A DNA stretch of 64,000 nucleotides from an uncultured delta proteobacterium (GCA_963745035.1 CAVUVW010000013.1:1600001-1664000); one strand, 5' to 3'. Counted from the stretch's first letter, positions 23,855 through 34,931 are shown. Program-made: numbers and translations. The notes: generated from the letters alone by a model not told the origin.

Positions 23855-23891
23855 GATTATATCGGTGTACGATATAATCGTAGTCCGATAT
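23855..23891 (+). promoter_or_regulatory. Palindromic operator(s) upstream of the MarR gene
   Basis: Perfect GATTATATCG-N5-CGATATAATC (23855-23879) containing TATAAT, and an overlapping second ATCG-N5-CGATAT. Confidence 0.7.
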
Positions 23892-23897
23892 AAAACC

Positions 23898-24386
23898 ATG
23901 GCCAAAAAGGCTTATTCCCCGGATTTTAGAGCGATGGCGGAATTGCGCTATCAAATCCGCTGTTTTCTTCGCTTCAGCGAAACCGCCGCGCGCCAAGCGG
24001 GTATCGAACCACAGCAGCACCAGCTTTTGCTTGCGGTTCGCGGTCTTCCTGAAAAGCTCAAGCCGACCATCGGCATATTGGCGGAACGCATGCAGTTGCA
24101 GCATCACAGCACCGTCGAGCTGATCGATCGCCTGGTCGAACGAGGGTTCCTTTGCCGGCTGCGCGCGACCGATGATCGGCGGCAGGTTCTGGTCAAGCTG
24201 ACCCATGAAGGCGAGAAATTCCTGAAAACCCTCTCGCTGCATCACCTTCAGGAACTGCAATCCACCGGCCCCAAGTTCGTCAAGATCCTGCAGGATCTCC
24301 TGGACAACACAAAAGCATTGGAAGAACCCGGAATAACTGAGCCAGAAATTCGCCAAAAACGAAGAAAGGACACGCGCCATGGCTAA
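23898..24386 (+). CDS. MarR-family transcriptional regulator
   Basis: QQHQLLLAV, LAERMQLQHHSTVELIDRL, DRR.V.V.LT..G. Confidence 0.9.
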   Translation: MAKKAYSPDFRAMAELRYQIRCFLRFSETAARQAGIEPQQHQLLLAVRGLPEKLKPTIGILAERMQLQHHSTVELIDRLVERGFLCRLRATDDRRQVLVKLTHEGEKFLKTLSLHHLQELQSTGPKFVKILQDLLDNTKALEEPGITEPEIRQKRRKDTRHG

Positions 24387-25230
24387 TCAAAACGAATCCA
24401 CTGAAGAGCTACTTTTAGATGTCCGAGTCGCAGAAGCTTCGCGCCTCTACAAATTTTATCTCAACCAGGAGAAAAAAATCCTCGGCTCCGCCGCGGTCAT
24501 CATCTTCCTGACCATTTGGGAGCTGGTCGGCAACGTCTTCCAGTTGATCAATCCGATGTTCATGAGCGCGCCGTCGCTCATCTGGAAAGCCGCTGTTCAG
24601 CTTTTTGGCTCGGGTGAAATCTACAATGATCTGTACATTAGCGGCATAGAACTTTTCTGGGGCTATTTCCTCTCCGCCGCGGTCGCCATCCCCTTTGGCA
24701 TCGCGATCGGCTGGTACAAGAAGATCGCCTACGTATTCGACCCCTTCGTCAACGCGATGAACGCCACCCCGCGCGTGGCGCTGCTGCCTTTGGTCATCAT
24801 CTGGCTCGGCATCGGCATACTCTCCAAAGTCGGCATCATCTTCCTTGGCGCCGTTTTTCCGATCTTGATCAACACCCGCGATGGCGTGAAGACCACGCCG
24901 GTCAATCTTCTGACCGCCGCCAAAAGCTTTGGCGCTTCGGAGTGGATGCTCTTTAAAACCGTCGTGCTGCCTTCGACCATTCCCTTCATTTTGACCGGAT
25001 TGAGACTGGGCCTTGGCAGAGCGATCGTCGGCGTCATGGTCGGCGAACTCTATGCCGCGACCGCGGGCATCGGGTTCATGATCACGGTTGCCGGCGCGAC
25101 CTTCCAAACCGACAAGGTCTTCGTCGGAGTCCTCGTTTTCGCACTCACCGGTATGATCGGCACCGAGATGATCACCCGGGTGGAGAGGCGGTTTGATAAG
25201 TGGCGCCCCAAAGTCGGAGCCGCGGAATAA
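24379..25230 (+). CDS. ABC permease (SsuC type), no adjacent ATPase or binding protein
   Basis: PRVALLPLVIIWLGIG, AKSFGAS EAA loop, GVMVGE. Confidence 0.92.
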   Translation: MANQNESTEELLLDVRVAEASRLYKFYLNQEKKILGSAAVIIFLTIWELVGNVFQLINPMFMSAPSLIWKAAVQLFGSGEIYNDLYISGIELFWGYFLSAAVAIPFGIAIGWYKKIAYVFDPFVNAMNATPRVALLPLVIIWLGIGILSKVGIIFLGAVFPILINTRDGVKTTPVNLLTAAKSFGASEWMLFKTVVLPSTIPFILTGLRLGLGRAIVGVMVGELYAATAGIGFMITVAGATFQTDKVFVGVLVFALTGMIGTEMITRVERRFDKWRPKVGAAE

Positions 25231-25261
25231 GCGCGGACTTTTCCTTCAAGCCAGTTTCCAG

Positions 25262-25297
25262 AACGGCCCACGCATAAGCGTGGGCCGTTTTTATTTT
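25262..25297 (+). terminator. Intrinsic terminator
   Basis: AACGGCCCACGC-ATAA-GCGTGGGCCGTT followed by TTTATTTT. Confidence 0.85.
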
Positions 25298-25401
25298 GGG
25301 CGATGGTGCTTGGCTGAGTCCACGCTCAGGCTATTTGCGTAACCTCTTGCTCTTCGATACCGGCAGTCCTACATTGGGCTAGCTTGTGGGAGGAGGGCTT
25401 C

Positions 25402-26001
25402 ATGCGCACACATGGAATGAAATCACTTCGATACCCGTGCATCGTTCTGGCGGCGCTGCTGGCGCTTTCGGGCTGCGGCTACAACAGTCTCCAAGGCCTG
25501 GACGAACAGGTCAAAGGCGCCTGGGGCGAGGTGCAGAATCAGTATCAACGGCGCGCGGATCTGATACCGAATCTGGTGGCTACAGTAAAGGGAGCCGCCA
25601 ACTTCGAACAGGAAACGCTGCAAAAAGTGATCGAAGCTCGCGCGGCCGCGACATCCGTTAAGGTCGATGCCAACGCATTGAATAATCCGGAAACTTTCAA
25701 AAAATTCGAGCAGGCTCAAAGCCAGCTTTCCAGCGCGCTCTCGCGTCTCTTGGTCGTCGTCGAAAAATACCCCGATCTCAAAGCCAACCAAAACTTTCAG
25801 AACTTGCAAGCGCAACTCGAAGGCACCGAAAACCGCATCACGGTAGCGCGCAAACGCTACGTCGAAACCGTCACCACCTACAACACCGCCGTGCGCTCGT
25901 TTCCGGAGAATCTGACAGCCAAGTATCTTCTCGGCCTCGAGGTTCGGCCGACCTTCACCGCCGATGAGGGGACCCAGAAACCGCCTGCGGTGAAATTTTA
26001 A
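25402..26001 (+). CDS. lemA: LemA family lipoprotein
   Basis: LSGC lipobox, YQRRADLIPNLV, YPDLKA, LEGTENRI. Confidence 0.93.
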   Translation: MRTHGMKSLRYPCIVLAALLALSGCGYNSLQGLDEQVKGAWGEVQNQYQRRADLIPNLVATVKGAANFEQETLQKVIEARAAATSVKVDANALNNPETFKKFEQAQSQLSSALSRLLVVVEKYPDLKANQNFQNLQAQLEGTENRITVARKRYVETVTTYNTAVRSFPENLTAKYLLGLEVRPTFTADEGTQKPPAVKF

Positions 26002-26050
26002 GGCCATAGAGAAATTGCCGTTCTTTCCGACACTATCCGGACAAGCTGCC

Positions 26051-26843
26051 GTGAAACGGCAGCTTCGTCGGCCCTTTCTTGCCACCATTGTTTCCATCTT
26101 CCTTGCCGCGGCGCTGGCTTCGGCCCTCGACGTCCCTCCGCTCCGTGGGCGCGTAAATGACTACGCGGGGGTCATGAGCCAGGATCAAGCACGCTCCTTG
26201 GAATCGCAGCTCGCTCAATTTGAGCAAGAGACCGGTCATCAGGTAGCTGTGCTCACGATTCCGACTTTGGATGGTGAGGATATCGAAGGTTTCAGTATCC
26301 GCGTAGCCGAAAGTTGGAAAATCGGCAAGAAGGGCTTCGACAACGGGGTGATCCTCGTGGTTGCCGTCAAGGACCGTAGGCTGCGCCTGGAAGTCGGCTA
26401 TGGGCTTGAAGGGGTGCTGCCGGATGCGATCGCCAAAACCATCACGAGTAACTACATCGTGCCAAGCTTTCGCTCCCAGGATTACGCGGGAGGCATCATC
26501 GCGGGCATCGACGCCGTTTTGAAAGTAATCAAGAAAGAACCCTTGCCGGAATCCGCGCGCCGAAACGATGAAAATCAGGGAGCCGGAGCTCAATGACTTC
26601 GCCATGTTCGTCATTACCTTGGCGCTATTCGCCCTTATGGCATATGCCTCCACGGCCAGGCAGCAAAGAAACAGCATGTGGGGAAGGCGCAGCGGGCGCG
26701 GCGGGCCGATCATATTTGGTCCCGGCGGTTTCGGCGGCGGGGGTTATTCCGGAGGAGGCGGTTTTGGCGGCGGATCCGACGGCGGTGGTTTTAGCGGCGG
26801 CGGGGGCAGTTTCGGCGGCGGCGGCGCCTCGGATAGTTGGTAA
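26051..26843 (+). CDS. TPM-domain protein with Gly-rich tail (frameshift near 26575)
   Basis: RVNDYAG, WKIGKKGFDNGV, EVGYGLEG; the TM segment and GGGGSFGGGGASDSW tail are in a second frame. Confidence 0.85.
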
Positions 26844-26845
26844 TT

Positions 26846-27479
26846 ATGAACGCCGATAAATTTTTTACTGAAGCCGAAAAAGAGCGCATCAGCAGGCTGT
26901 CATTGCGTCGCGGAGTTCAAAACTGCCGGCGAGATCGTGCCTATGATCGTCGACTTCATCGGCGCGCTACACGGAAGATCGAACTCCTCGGGCTGGTTGC
27001 TGGGCTTATTCGTCGGAATCATCATCGAATGGTTCTGGAGCGACCCGTGGGGATCGGAATATCTGAAATCTCTGGCCCGTCATCGGCGCTTTCGTGGGTT
27101 TTTTTGTCGGCCGTATGCCGAGTCTGTCAAGCGGCTAGTCGCGTCGAAGAATCGCATTGGCGAAGCCGTTCATATTTTCGCGCTCGCCTCCTTCAGCGAG
27201 CATGGACTGCACTACACCCGGGAACACACGGGCATTCTCATTCTCGTCTCCTTGCTAGAGCATCGCGTAGAAGTACTCGCCGACCGCGGCATCAACGCGA
27301 AAGTGGAAAAGGGGCACTTGGGATGAGATCGTCCACATCCTGACAGCGGGCTTGAAATCGGGGCAGGCCTGCGATGCCTTCTGCAAAGCGATCGAGCGCT
27401 GCGGCGAAATCCTCGCCGCGCATTTCCCCGCGCGGCGGATGATAAAGACGAATTGCCCAATCGTCTCGTCACCAGGTAG
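26846..27479 (+). CDS. Second TPM-domain membrane protein (several frameshifts)
   Basis: Fragments across frames: TAGEIVPMIV, TREHTGILILVSLLEHRVEVLADRGI, HFP...DDKDELPN; typical third gene of LemA-TPM-TPM operons. Confidence 0.75.
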
Positions 27480-27535
27480 CCGGCGGTTCAGCCGGCTTCG
27501 CCCAACTTCGCTCAGGAATGAACAAGCCGACGATC

Positions 27536-27555
27536 GGCGCGCAAGCGCACCCTAC
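27536..27555 (-). repeat. GTAG-type REP-like palindrome
   Basis: Minus strand GTAG-GGTGCGC-TT-GCGCGCC. Confidence 0.5.
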
Positions 27556-27630
27556 GAAAATTACGAAAACCTTCGTGCGCTTCGGCCTTCCTTCGAAAAA
27601 GCGGCGCTATTAGAACCACGCAGTTGAAGA

Positions 27631-27693
27631 AAGATCTCTCACTTCGTTCGAGATGACAGATGCGTTTATCTTATTGTCATTCGAGGAATCTTT
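27631..27693. repeat. Pair of TGTCAT...ATCT REP-like elements
   Basis: AAGATCTCTCACTTCGTTCGAGATGACA and a shortened inverted copy TGTCATTCGAGGAATCTTT; related to 38505-38629. Confidence 0.6.
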
Positions 27694-27787
27694 CCCCGAG
27701 CGTTTTCAACGTCTGTATCATGAATCACTTCGTGGTGAACTGTCCGTTTCTGCCTTCTTCTAGGATGTGGCTGTCTTGACGGTTAAA

Positions 27788-29845
27788 TCACTTCCGTACC
27801 AGCCGCACGTCCACGGCTGCGACGCCTTTGCCTTTCTCCCGAACCATCAGCGGATTGATTTCCATGTCGGAGAGATGCTCGCGATACGCCGAGAAAATCA
27901 TCCGATAGACCAACCATGGCTTTCACCAACGCGTCGATGTCGCGCGGTCCCTGGCCGCGCACGCCCTCGAGTACTTTGTAGCCGCGCAGTTCCTTGAGCA
28001 TCTCGCGCGCTTCGCGCTCGTCCACCGGCAGCAAGCGAATCGAGACGTCTTTTAAAACTTCGACCAGGATGCCGCCTAGTCCCACCATGAGAAACGGTCC
28101 GTACTGCGGATCGGTGCGCGCGCCGATCAGGACTTCAGTACCTTGTACCATCTCTTGAATCAGCAGGTGCCCGCGCCCAGCGTCTTGGTCAGAAGCTTTT
28201 GTCCCTCTGCCTGAACTTCTTCCGCGCTCTTCAACCCGAGCACTACCGCGCCGGACTCGGTCTTATGCACCACCTCCGCTGCGATCAGTTTCACCGCTAC
28301 AGGAAACCCGATTTCCTTGGCCTTCACCGCCGCATCCGCCGCTGTTCCGGCCATCGCTTGTTTGGGCAGGCCAATGCCGTGCCGCCGCAGCAGAGCATCC
28401 AAGTTCTCACCGGCGAGATCGGCGGCATTGCCGGTTGCGGCAGTGAGTTTCGGCACGCCGCGCTGCTTTCGTTCGCCATAGAGCCCCAATCCGGCGAGCG
28501 CGCGCAAGGTCGGCTTGATCGCCTGCAAAAATGGCATGCCCGCTTCTTCCTGGAAAGCACGGCTCTCATCCAAGCAACTATAAGTCGAGCGGCCGAACGC
28601 GAGCACGGGTTTATCAGTGGCCGCCGCTGCGCTCTTGAACAGCTCGGCGCTCCTTTTTTGCCCGCGCGGCAGCTCGCCGTGAATCGCGAGCAGATCGACG
28701 TTGGGGTCTTCGGCGTGCAGCTTGACGATGTTGATGAATCCCGCCTCGTCGCCGAAACCGGCCACGCCGCATTCGAGCGGATTCTCTACCGCCAATTCCG
28801 CTGGAATCAGCGGCCGCACCGCTTCCTTTGTCTTGTCGCTGAGCTGCGCCAAATTGGTTTTCAGCTCGTCGCAATGATCGCAGATGAGCCCTTTCATACC
28901 GCCGGAGTTGACGACGATCGCCGCGCGGCTGCCTTTGGGGAACCGTCCAGGCATGAATGCAAGTGTGGTTTCGGTCATATCTTCCAGGGTCGGGCAGCGA
29001 ATCAAACCGAGCCGGTGGCAAACGGCGTCGAAGACTTCATCGGCGCCGGCGAGCGAGCCGGTGTGCGAGATCGCCTGGCGCTTCCCCATCTCGGAGCGCC
29101 CGAGCTTGACGACGAGGATCGGCTTTCCTTTGCTAAGCGCCTGCTCGGCCACGGCCATGAATTCGACGGGCCGGCGGATGCCCTCGACCATGAGGGTGAT
29201 CACTTTGGTGTCGGGGTCATCGACGAGGAAGGAAAGATAATCGACCAGATCGAGGCTCACTTCGTTGCCACTGGAGACCGCATAGCTGAAGCCGATGCCG
29301 CGCTCAGTCGCGCCCTTGATCCAATTGCCGAGCGAGCCGCCGCTTTGAAAAATCAAACCCACCGGACCTTTTTTGAGCAGCGGCGTCGCCGTGGGAAACG
29401 TCCACAAGCCTTCGTCGACCGAGTACGAGCCCATGCAGTTCGGCCCGCAGATCACCATGCCCGTGCGCTCGCAGAGATCCTTCATCGCCTGCGCGCGCTC
29501 TTTTCCCTTTTCGTCGTCGCCCTCGCCGAAACCCGCGGTATAGATCGTCGCCGCCTTGGTGCCGAGCTTCGCGGCGTCTTCGAGAACGCCGAGAACCGCG
29601 CGGGTAGGAATAAGGATCAGCAACTCTTCGGGCACTTCCGGCAAATCCGCTAGACTCGGATAGCATTTATCGCCGTAAAGCTCCTGGTAGTTCGGATTGA
29701 TGAGATACACTCCACCGGGAAATTTCGCGCCCTTGAGATTGCGGTAGATGCCCTGTGGCCACGCGCCTTTTTGCGAAGCGCCAATGATCGCGACGGATTT
29801 TGCGCGCAGGAGATTGCCTACCGGCTTGGCCGTAAAACTTGTCAT
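27788..29845 (-). CDS. Acetate-CoA ligase (NDP-forming acyl-CoA synthetase) family (frameshifts near 28165 and 27900)
   Basis: VAIIGAS, CGPNCMG, QSGG, SHTGSLAG, HKTESGAV; the ATP-grasp tail DPQYGP..MVGLGG and EINPL..AVDVR lies in other frames. Confidence 0.88.
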
Positions 29846-29916
29846 GGGATTTCCTTCCGATCTGGAATTGTTTTTCCTATTGCACAGAGAACACGGGACT
29901 GCAAGGTAAAGAACCG

Positions 29917-30019
29917 TAGCCAGTCGTCAGTAACCAGTTGGCAGCCTAACGACCGTCAAATTCATGCCATTCCCAGTCTTGTTCGAAGCTGGAAACTGAC
30001 AACTGATTACTGGAAGCTG
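29917..30019. repeat. Inverted heptamer array (TnnnCAG / CTGnnnA)
   Basis: TAGCCAG TCGTCAG TAACCAG TTGGCAG ... CTGGAAA CTGACAA CTGATTA CTGGAAG CTG. Confidence 0.7.
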
Positions 30020-30021
30020 TT

Positions 30022-31095
30022 TTACGAAAAGACGTGCCAGCGATGCGCGGGAAGGTCTACGGCTGCGTTTTGTCCGACCGTGAGCGGCGTATCGCCGGCA
30101 AGCTTGGCGAGCAAGGTCACGCCGTTCACTTCGACCTCGAGCAACGCGGCGTCGCCGAGATAGTTGCGGCTCGCCACTTTGCCGGTGGTCGCGGCCCCAC
30201 CGTGATTTGCCGGCGGCGACACCTCTACATGTTCGGGACGGATCGCCAATGTAACCTGTGCGCCGGTTGTTACGCCGTTCGGCACCGGCGCGGCGACCAG
30301 ACCGAGAGGCGAATCCACTTTTCCCGGACCCGCTACTTTGCCCTTGACGAAATTCATCTCGCCGACGAATTGCGCGACGAAGAGATTAGCCGGTTTCGCG
30401 TACACGTCATGCGGCGACGCGATCTGCAGGATTTCGCCCAAGTTCATGACGCAGACTTTGTCGCCAAGGCTCAGGGCTTCCGCTTGATCGTGGGTGACAT
30501 AGAGAGTGGTCACGCCGATGGATTTGGTGATCTTGCGCAATTCCACGCGCATCTGCTCGCGCAAGCGCGCGTCCAGATTGCTGAGCGGCTCGTCCATCAA
30601 CAGCACCTTCGAATCGGTCACGATGGCGCGCGCCATCGCGACGCGCTGCTGCTGTCCGCCGCTCAAGTCAGTCGCCGGCCTGTCTTCGAGCCCATCGAGT
30701 TGAACGCGCTTGAGCGCCGCGCGCACGCGATCGCCGACCATCGACTTCGCGACCCGCTTCTGTCCCTGGGTTAGCGGGAACGCGACGTTCTGGAAAACGT
30801 TCATGTGCGGCCAGATGGCGTAGGACTGAAAAACCATGCCGATCTCGCGCTTTTCGGCCGGAATAAAGATCCGCGACGCGGGACAATTCACCAGTCGACC
30901 GCTGATTTCGATTTCGCCGTCGTCGGGTCTCTCCAAGCCGGCGACGCACCTAAGGGTTGTCGTCTTGCCGCAGCCGCTCGGACCGAGCAGCACGCAAAAA
31001 TCCCCCTCGGAGACTTCGAGATCGATATCGCGCAGCGCATTAACGACGCCCTGCTGGGCCTGAAAGGTCTTGCGCAGCTTTCTGATATTAATCAA
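30022..31095 (-). CDS. ABC ATP-binding protein (FbpC/PotA type)
   Basis: GPSGCGKTT, LSGGQQQRVA, DEPLSNLD, TOBE-like tail. Confidence 0.95.
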   Translation of the reverse strand: MINIRKLRKTFQAQQGVVNALRDIDLEVSEGDFCVLLGPSGCGKTTTLRCVAGLERPDDGEIEISGRLVNCPASRIFIPAEKREIGMVFQSYAIWPHMNVFQNVAFPLTQGQKRVAKSMVGDRVRAALKRVQLDGLEDRPATDLSGGQQQRVAMARAIVTDSKVLLMDEPLSNLDARLREQMRVELRKITKSIGVTTLYVTHDQAEALSLGDKVCVMNLGEILQIASPHDVYAKPANLFVAQFVGEMNFVKGKVAGPGKVDSPLGLVAAPVPNGVTTGAQVTLAIRPEHVEVSPPANHGGAATTGKVASRNYLGDAALLEVEVNGVTLLAKLAGDTPLTVGQNAAVDLPAHRWHVFS

Positions 31096-31110
31096 AGCAC
31101 GAAACTCCTC

Positions 31111-31181
31111 GGAGCACTGGAGTGCTGGAGTATTGGAGTCCTGGGCCCATCACTCCACCCCTCCATCACTCCAACAATCCA
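31111..31181. repeat. Inverted octamer array (GGAGTRYT / CCATCACT)
   Basis: GGAGCACT GGAGTGCT GGAGTATT GGAGTCCT GGGC CCATCACT CCACCCCT CCATCACT CCAACAAT CCA. Confidence 0.8.
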
Positions 31182-31186
31182 TTTTC

Positions 31187-32947
31187 TTAACTCGCCGAAC
31201 CGATCTCGCCGATGCGTGAAAGCGCAAAGCGCACGGTGCCTACGACAATCGTCGCGAACAGGATCAGGATAACTCCTAGGGCCGAGACCTGGGGAACCCA
31301 GCCGCTGCCCCAAAACTGCCACACTACCGTAGAGATCACCACGTTGCTGCGCGTCAGCAGAGTCAGCGACATCGTCACCTCGCGATAGGACAGCATGCCG
31401 ATCCAGATCCAACTATTGAGGACTCCGGCGGCGATCAGCGGCAAGATGATTTTCCCAAGAACCCGTGGCGCCGAGGCGCCGGAAACTCGACCGGCTTCTT
31501 CCAATTCGCGATGGACTTGGATCATGACGCTGTTGGTCGTGCGCGTGCCGTAGGCGATCCAATTGATGGTATGCGCGAGTACGATAATCGCGACAGTTCC
31601 GTACAGCGGAAAATAATCGCGGTAGGCGAGCCCAAGATAAGCCAACCCGACGGCCATGAGAATGCCGGGCACGGCATGCGGTATGAAAACCAAGGTATCG
31701 AGAAATCCCCGGAAAGATACCTGAGTTCGAATCACGATCCACGACACCAGCACGCTCAGGATCATGGTGATCGTGGGCACGCAAAACATAAGAATCAGCG
31801 TATTGATGAACGGCCGGGCGCCGACGTGATTGGGCATCTCGATGTAGTGCTTGAACGTCAGCGACGAAAGGGCCTCAGCCGACGGTAGCTGTAAATAGGG
31901 CAGCAAGGAGGCCCATAGAAGCACGCTGAACGGAACGAAAACTTCGATCGACAGATAAGAGAAAACGAAAGCGAGCGCAGCCCACTTCCAGCGTCCGAGG
32001 GCGATCTCCCGGGGGCGATAGCCGCGCCCGGTGATCACCGTGTACTTCTTGCCCTGCTTCACGAGGCGAACGTACAGCAAGGCCAAGGTTAAGCCGAGGA
32101 TGAGCATGATGGCGCCGTACGCACCCGCCAAGCCGTAGTCGGGCAAACCGGTCGATGGCGTTGTCGAAGTAAAAATAAGCGAGCTGAGAACATGAATGCG
32201 CGCGGGTAAGCCAATGATCGCCGGCACTTCGAAGACCGCGATGGCTGTCATGAACAAGTAGACCATCACCGCGGCGATGGCAGGCCACGTTATCGGAATG
32301 TTGATCTTCAAGAAGGTTCTGAGCTTCCCCACACCGGAAGTGTAAGCGGCCTCCTCCAAGGACGGATCCATGGAGCGGTAAGCGGCGGCGAGCATGAAAA
32401 ACGCACCGGGCACAAACGAGACGCCCTGCACGAACGCCATACCCGTCAGGCTGTATAAATTGAACGGCGGCTCGGCGAGAGAAAAAGCTTCTTGCAGCCA
32501 TTTGTTGACCAGACCGATGCGCGGGCTGAGCAGCAGTATCCACGCGATGGTGCGCAGGAACACCGGAATAAGAATGCCGATGGTAAGCAGAACGTAGATA
32601 GTTTTCTTGAACGGTATGTCCGTGCGCATGAGGATCCAGACCAGCGGCACGGCGATCACGAGCGTGATGGACACGGCGGAGACCGCGAAGAAAATCGTGT
32701 TAGCGAGAATTTCGTAGGTTCGCGGCGTCAGGTAAACCGTCGAAAAGTTTTCCAGCGTGAATGGAACGCTCTCGCCGGGGAAGCCGGTGCGAAGGCTCAT
32801 GAGAATGACCATCAGCACCGGCACCCCGATCAGCAATATCAATAATCCCGAGAGACCGGTCGCGAATAGCGTCACCCCCTGCGGCAGGAAGCGGCTCAAG
32901 CCCTCCCATGCGCCCACGGTCGGTTCAGTGCGGGATTCTACCTTCAT
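31187..32947 (-). CDS. ABC permease (FbpB type, duplicated domain)
   Basis: Two EAA loops: DPSLEEAA and HRELEEAG. Confidence 0.93.
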   Translation of the reverse strand: MKVESRTEPTVGAWEGLSRFLPQGVTLFATGLSGLLILLIGVPVLMVILMSLRTGFPGESVPFTLENFSTVYLTPRTYEILANTIFFAVSAVSITLVIAVPLVWILMRTDIPFKKTIYVLLTIGILIPVFLRTIAWILLLSPRIGLVNKWLQEAFSLAEPPFNLYSLTGMAFVQGVSFVPGAFFMLAAAYRSMDPSLEEAAYTSGVGKLRTFLKINIPITWPAIAAVMVYLFMTAIAVFEVPAIIGLPARIHVLSSLIFTSTTPSTGLPDYGLAGAYGAIMLILGLTLALLYVRLVKQGKKYTVITGRGYRPREIALGRWKWAALAFVFSYLSIEVFVPFSVLLWASLLPYLQLPSAEALSSLTFKHYIEMPNHVGARPFINTLILMFCVPTITMILSVLVSWIVIRTQVSFRGFLDTLVFIPHAVPGILMAVGLAYLGLAYRDYFPLYGTVAIIVLAHTINWIAYGTRTTNSVMIQVHRELEEAGRVSGASAPRVLGKIILPLIAAGVLNSWIWIGMLSYREVTMSLTLLTRSNVVISTVVWQFWGSGWVPQVSALGVILILFATIVVGTVRFALSRIGEIGSAS

Positions 32948-32975
32948 ATCGCCTTCCTATGCGGCGTACGCCGTC

Positions 32976-34010
32976 TCAATCGAAACCGAGGATCTTGCCG
33001 ATCTGTCGCGAAATCTTGTCGACTTTCTCGGCTTGGTCCTGCTTCATGTACAGCACTTTCTTGCCCTGGGCGAATTTATAGGCGTCCGTTCCGGGCACAT
33101 ACGCGGAAGTATGTCCGGTGTATTTTTTCCAGACCGGCTGCACTTCGGCGGAAGCCATGAAAGCGACCATGAGATGGCCCACATTCGGGTGCGCGGCGTT
33201 CTTCAGAACTCCTACGTGATACTCCGGCGAGACCACGGGTGAAACCTGTTCGGCAAACGCCAGCGGCGCGCCCGATTCCTTTGCCTCGTGCAGTTGGCTG
33301 TCTTGCAAAGTTGCCGATACCAGCACTTCGCCCAGAATCAGCCGCTGAGCCATTTCGCCAGCGCGGGTCAGCAGCGGTTTCTGCGCGGATAGCTTTTTGA
33401 TGAAATCGAGGGTTTTCTCGTCACCCCATGCACCGACCGCCAAACGACCCCAATGATGCGTTGAGTTGATGACGCCGATTTTGCCCTTCCATTTTGGATC
33501 GAGCAAATCTTCCCAGGTTTTTGGCACGTCTTTAGCGGGCAGGAGCTTGGTATTGTATGCCGGCAAGGCGAACTGGTTCGCGACGGACACTGTGCCGTTG
33601 TCATACTCCACTCTCTGCTTATCAACGCCGACCGTGGAGTAGTCAAAGGTTTTATGCTGCTTCCGCAGAAAAAGCGAACCGTGATGAGCATCGGTAACGA
33701 GCATGATGTCCCATTCCGGGGGTTGCCCCGAGGCGGACAAGCCAATAACTTTCGCGGTATCCCGCGTCATGTTTCCGGAGGGCGTGAAGTTGACCTTGAC
33801 GTTCAAGTTGTACTTTTTGTTGAACGCGGAAACGATTGCTTGAGCGCCTTCAGGACCTAACGTGGACGGGCCGTAGAAATCGATAACGCCTTCTTTCTTG
33901 GCGCCGGCGATCAGATCATCGACGGGGGCGGCAAAGCCGGGAGCGGTCAATACCACGAGGGCGATCAATCCCAGGCAAAAACCTGTGAGTTTCGTTAAAA
34001 AGCTGTTCAT
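32976..34010 (-). CDS. ABC substrate-binding protein (FbpA/AfuA-like)
   Basis: Signal peptide, AKKEG, PKTWEDLLDPKWKGK, AAHPN. Confidence 0.9.
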   Translation of the reverse strand: MNSFLTKLTGFCLGLIALVVLTAPGFAAPVDDLIAGAKKEGVIDFYGPSTLGPEGAQAIVSAFNKKYNLNVKVNFTPSGNMTRDTAKVIGLSASGQPPEWDIMLVTDAHHGSLFLRKQHKTFDYSTVGVDKQRVEYDNGTVSVANQFALPAYNTKLLPAKDVPKTWEDLLDPKWKGKIGVINSTHHWGRLAVGAWGDEKTLDFIKKLSAQKPLLTRAGEMAQRLILGEVLVSATLQDSQLHEAKESGAPLAFAEQVSPVVSPEYHVGVLKNAAHPNVGHLMVAFMASAEVQPVWKKYTGHTSAYVPGTDAYKFAQGKKVLYMKQDQAEKVDKISRQIGKILGFD

Positions 34011-34049
34011 TCTATTCCTCCTTCGCTATTGGGTTTATCGGAGCAACCT

Positions 34050-34931
34050 CTATTTAGACGTCTCCCGATAGAAACTCTCGTCATAATAGTTCGCCAAATC
34101 TTGGCCCATCGGCGGCGTGAGTTTGAATTGCACGCGCAGATCGAGCACGCTCTGAAGGCCGGGCAAATTCAGCCGGCCGCTTTTGGGCAGTTGCCGCAGC
34201 CGATTGGCCGCCGCTTTTTCGTCGATCTTCTCGGCTTCGGCAAGGAGCCGGATCGCCTCATCGCGATTTTTTTCTTCGTGGCACCAGCGCAGCGCTTCAT
34301 TCCAGGCGCGCAGATATTTCAGTACCAGCACGCGGGTTTCATCCGCCCATCGCCGTCCCACCGCGTAAACTCCGCCTGGGTAGTCCGGCAGCACTTCGCG
34401 ATGATCGGCAAAACGGACCATCCCAGCCGCAGCGGCCTTGACGTCCCACGGCGGATTGAGAACGCCGGCGAAAGTTTCACCCTGCATCATCGAATCCAAG
34501 CGATGGCCGGTAGTCCCTTTGGCGATCAGCGTGTAGCCGCCGCGCTCCATTTCGAGGCCGTGTGCCAACAACACCCGCCGCAGCACCAGCGCATACGCCG
34601 TATCGACGGCGTCGACTGCCAGCGGCTTGCCGCGGAGATCCTCCCAAGTTTTGATCTCCGGCCGCACATAGACGGGCAAGGTGATACCTTGGGCCACTTG
34701 GGCGATGGCAACGATCTCAGTGCCTTCGCGGCCGGACCAGCCGAGCACGTTGTCGAAGGCTGTCGACACGATCTGCCAGACGCCTTTGCCAAGCCCGCGC
34801 ATCTGGTCTGTCGAGTTGGGCGTAACCAGGACATCCACTTCCAGACCTTCGGCGCCAAACATCGCTTTGGCGCGCCCCACGGCCAGAGCCGCATCGACAT
34901 TGAAGACGTTTACGAGCAACCGATCAGCCAT
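34050..34931 (-). CDS. NMT1/SsuA-like periplasmic-binding-fold protein with no evident signal peptide
   Basis: FGAEGLEV, IKTWEDLRGK.LAVDA..TAYA. Confidence 0.8.
   Translation of the reverse strand: MADRLLVNVFNVDAALAVGRAKAMFGAEGLEVDVLVTPNSTDQMRGLGKGVWQIVSTAFDNVLGWSGREGTEIVAIAQVAQGITLPVYVRPEIKTWEDLRGKPLAVDAVDTAYALVLRRVLLAHGLEMERGGYTLIAKGTTGHRLDSMMQGETFAGVLNPPWDVKAAAAGMVRFADHREVLPDYPGGVYAVGRRWADETRVLVLKYLRAWNEALRWCHEEKNRDEAIRLLAEAEKIDEKAAANRLRQLPKSGRLNLPGLQSVLDLRVQFKLTPPMGQDLANYYDESFYRETSK

Noticed and set aside
31111-31181. Short repeat arrays as CRISPR
   Set aside because: Units are 7-9 nt with no unique spacers, and there are no cas genes.
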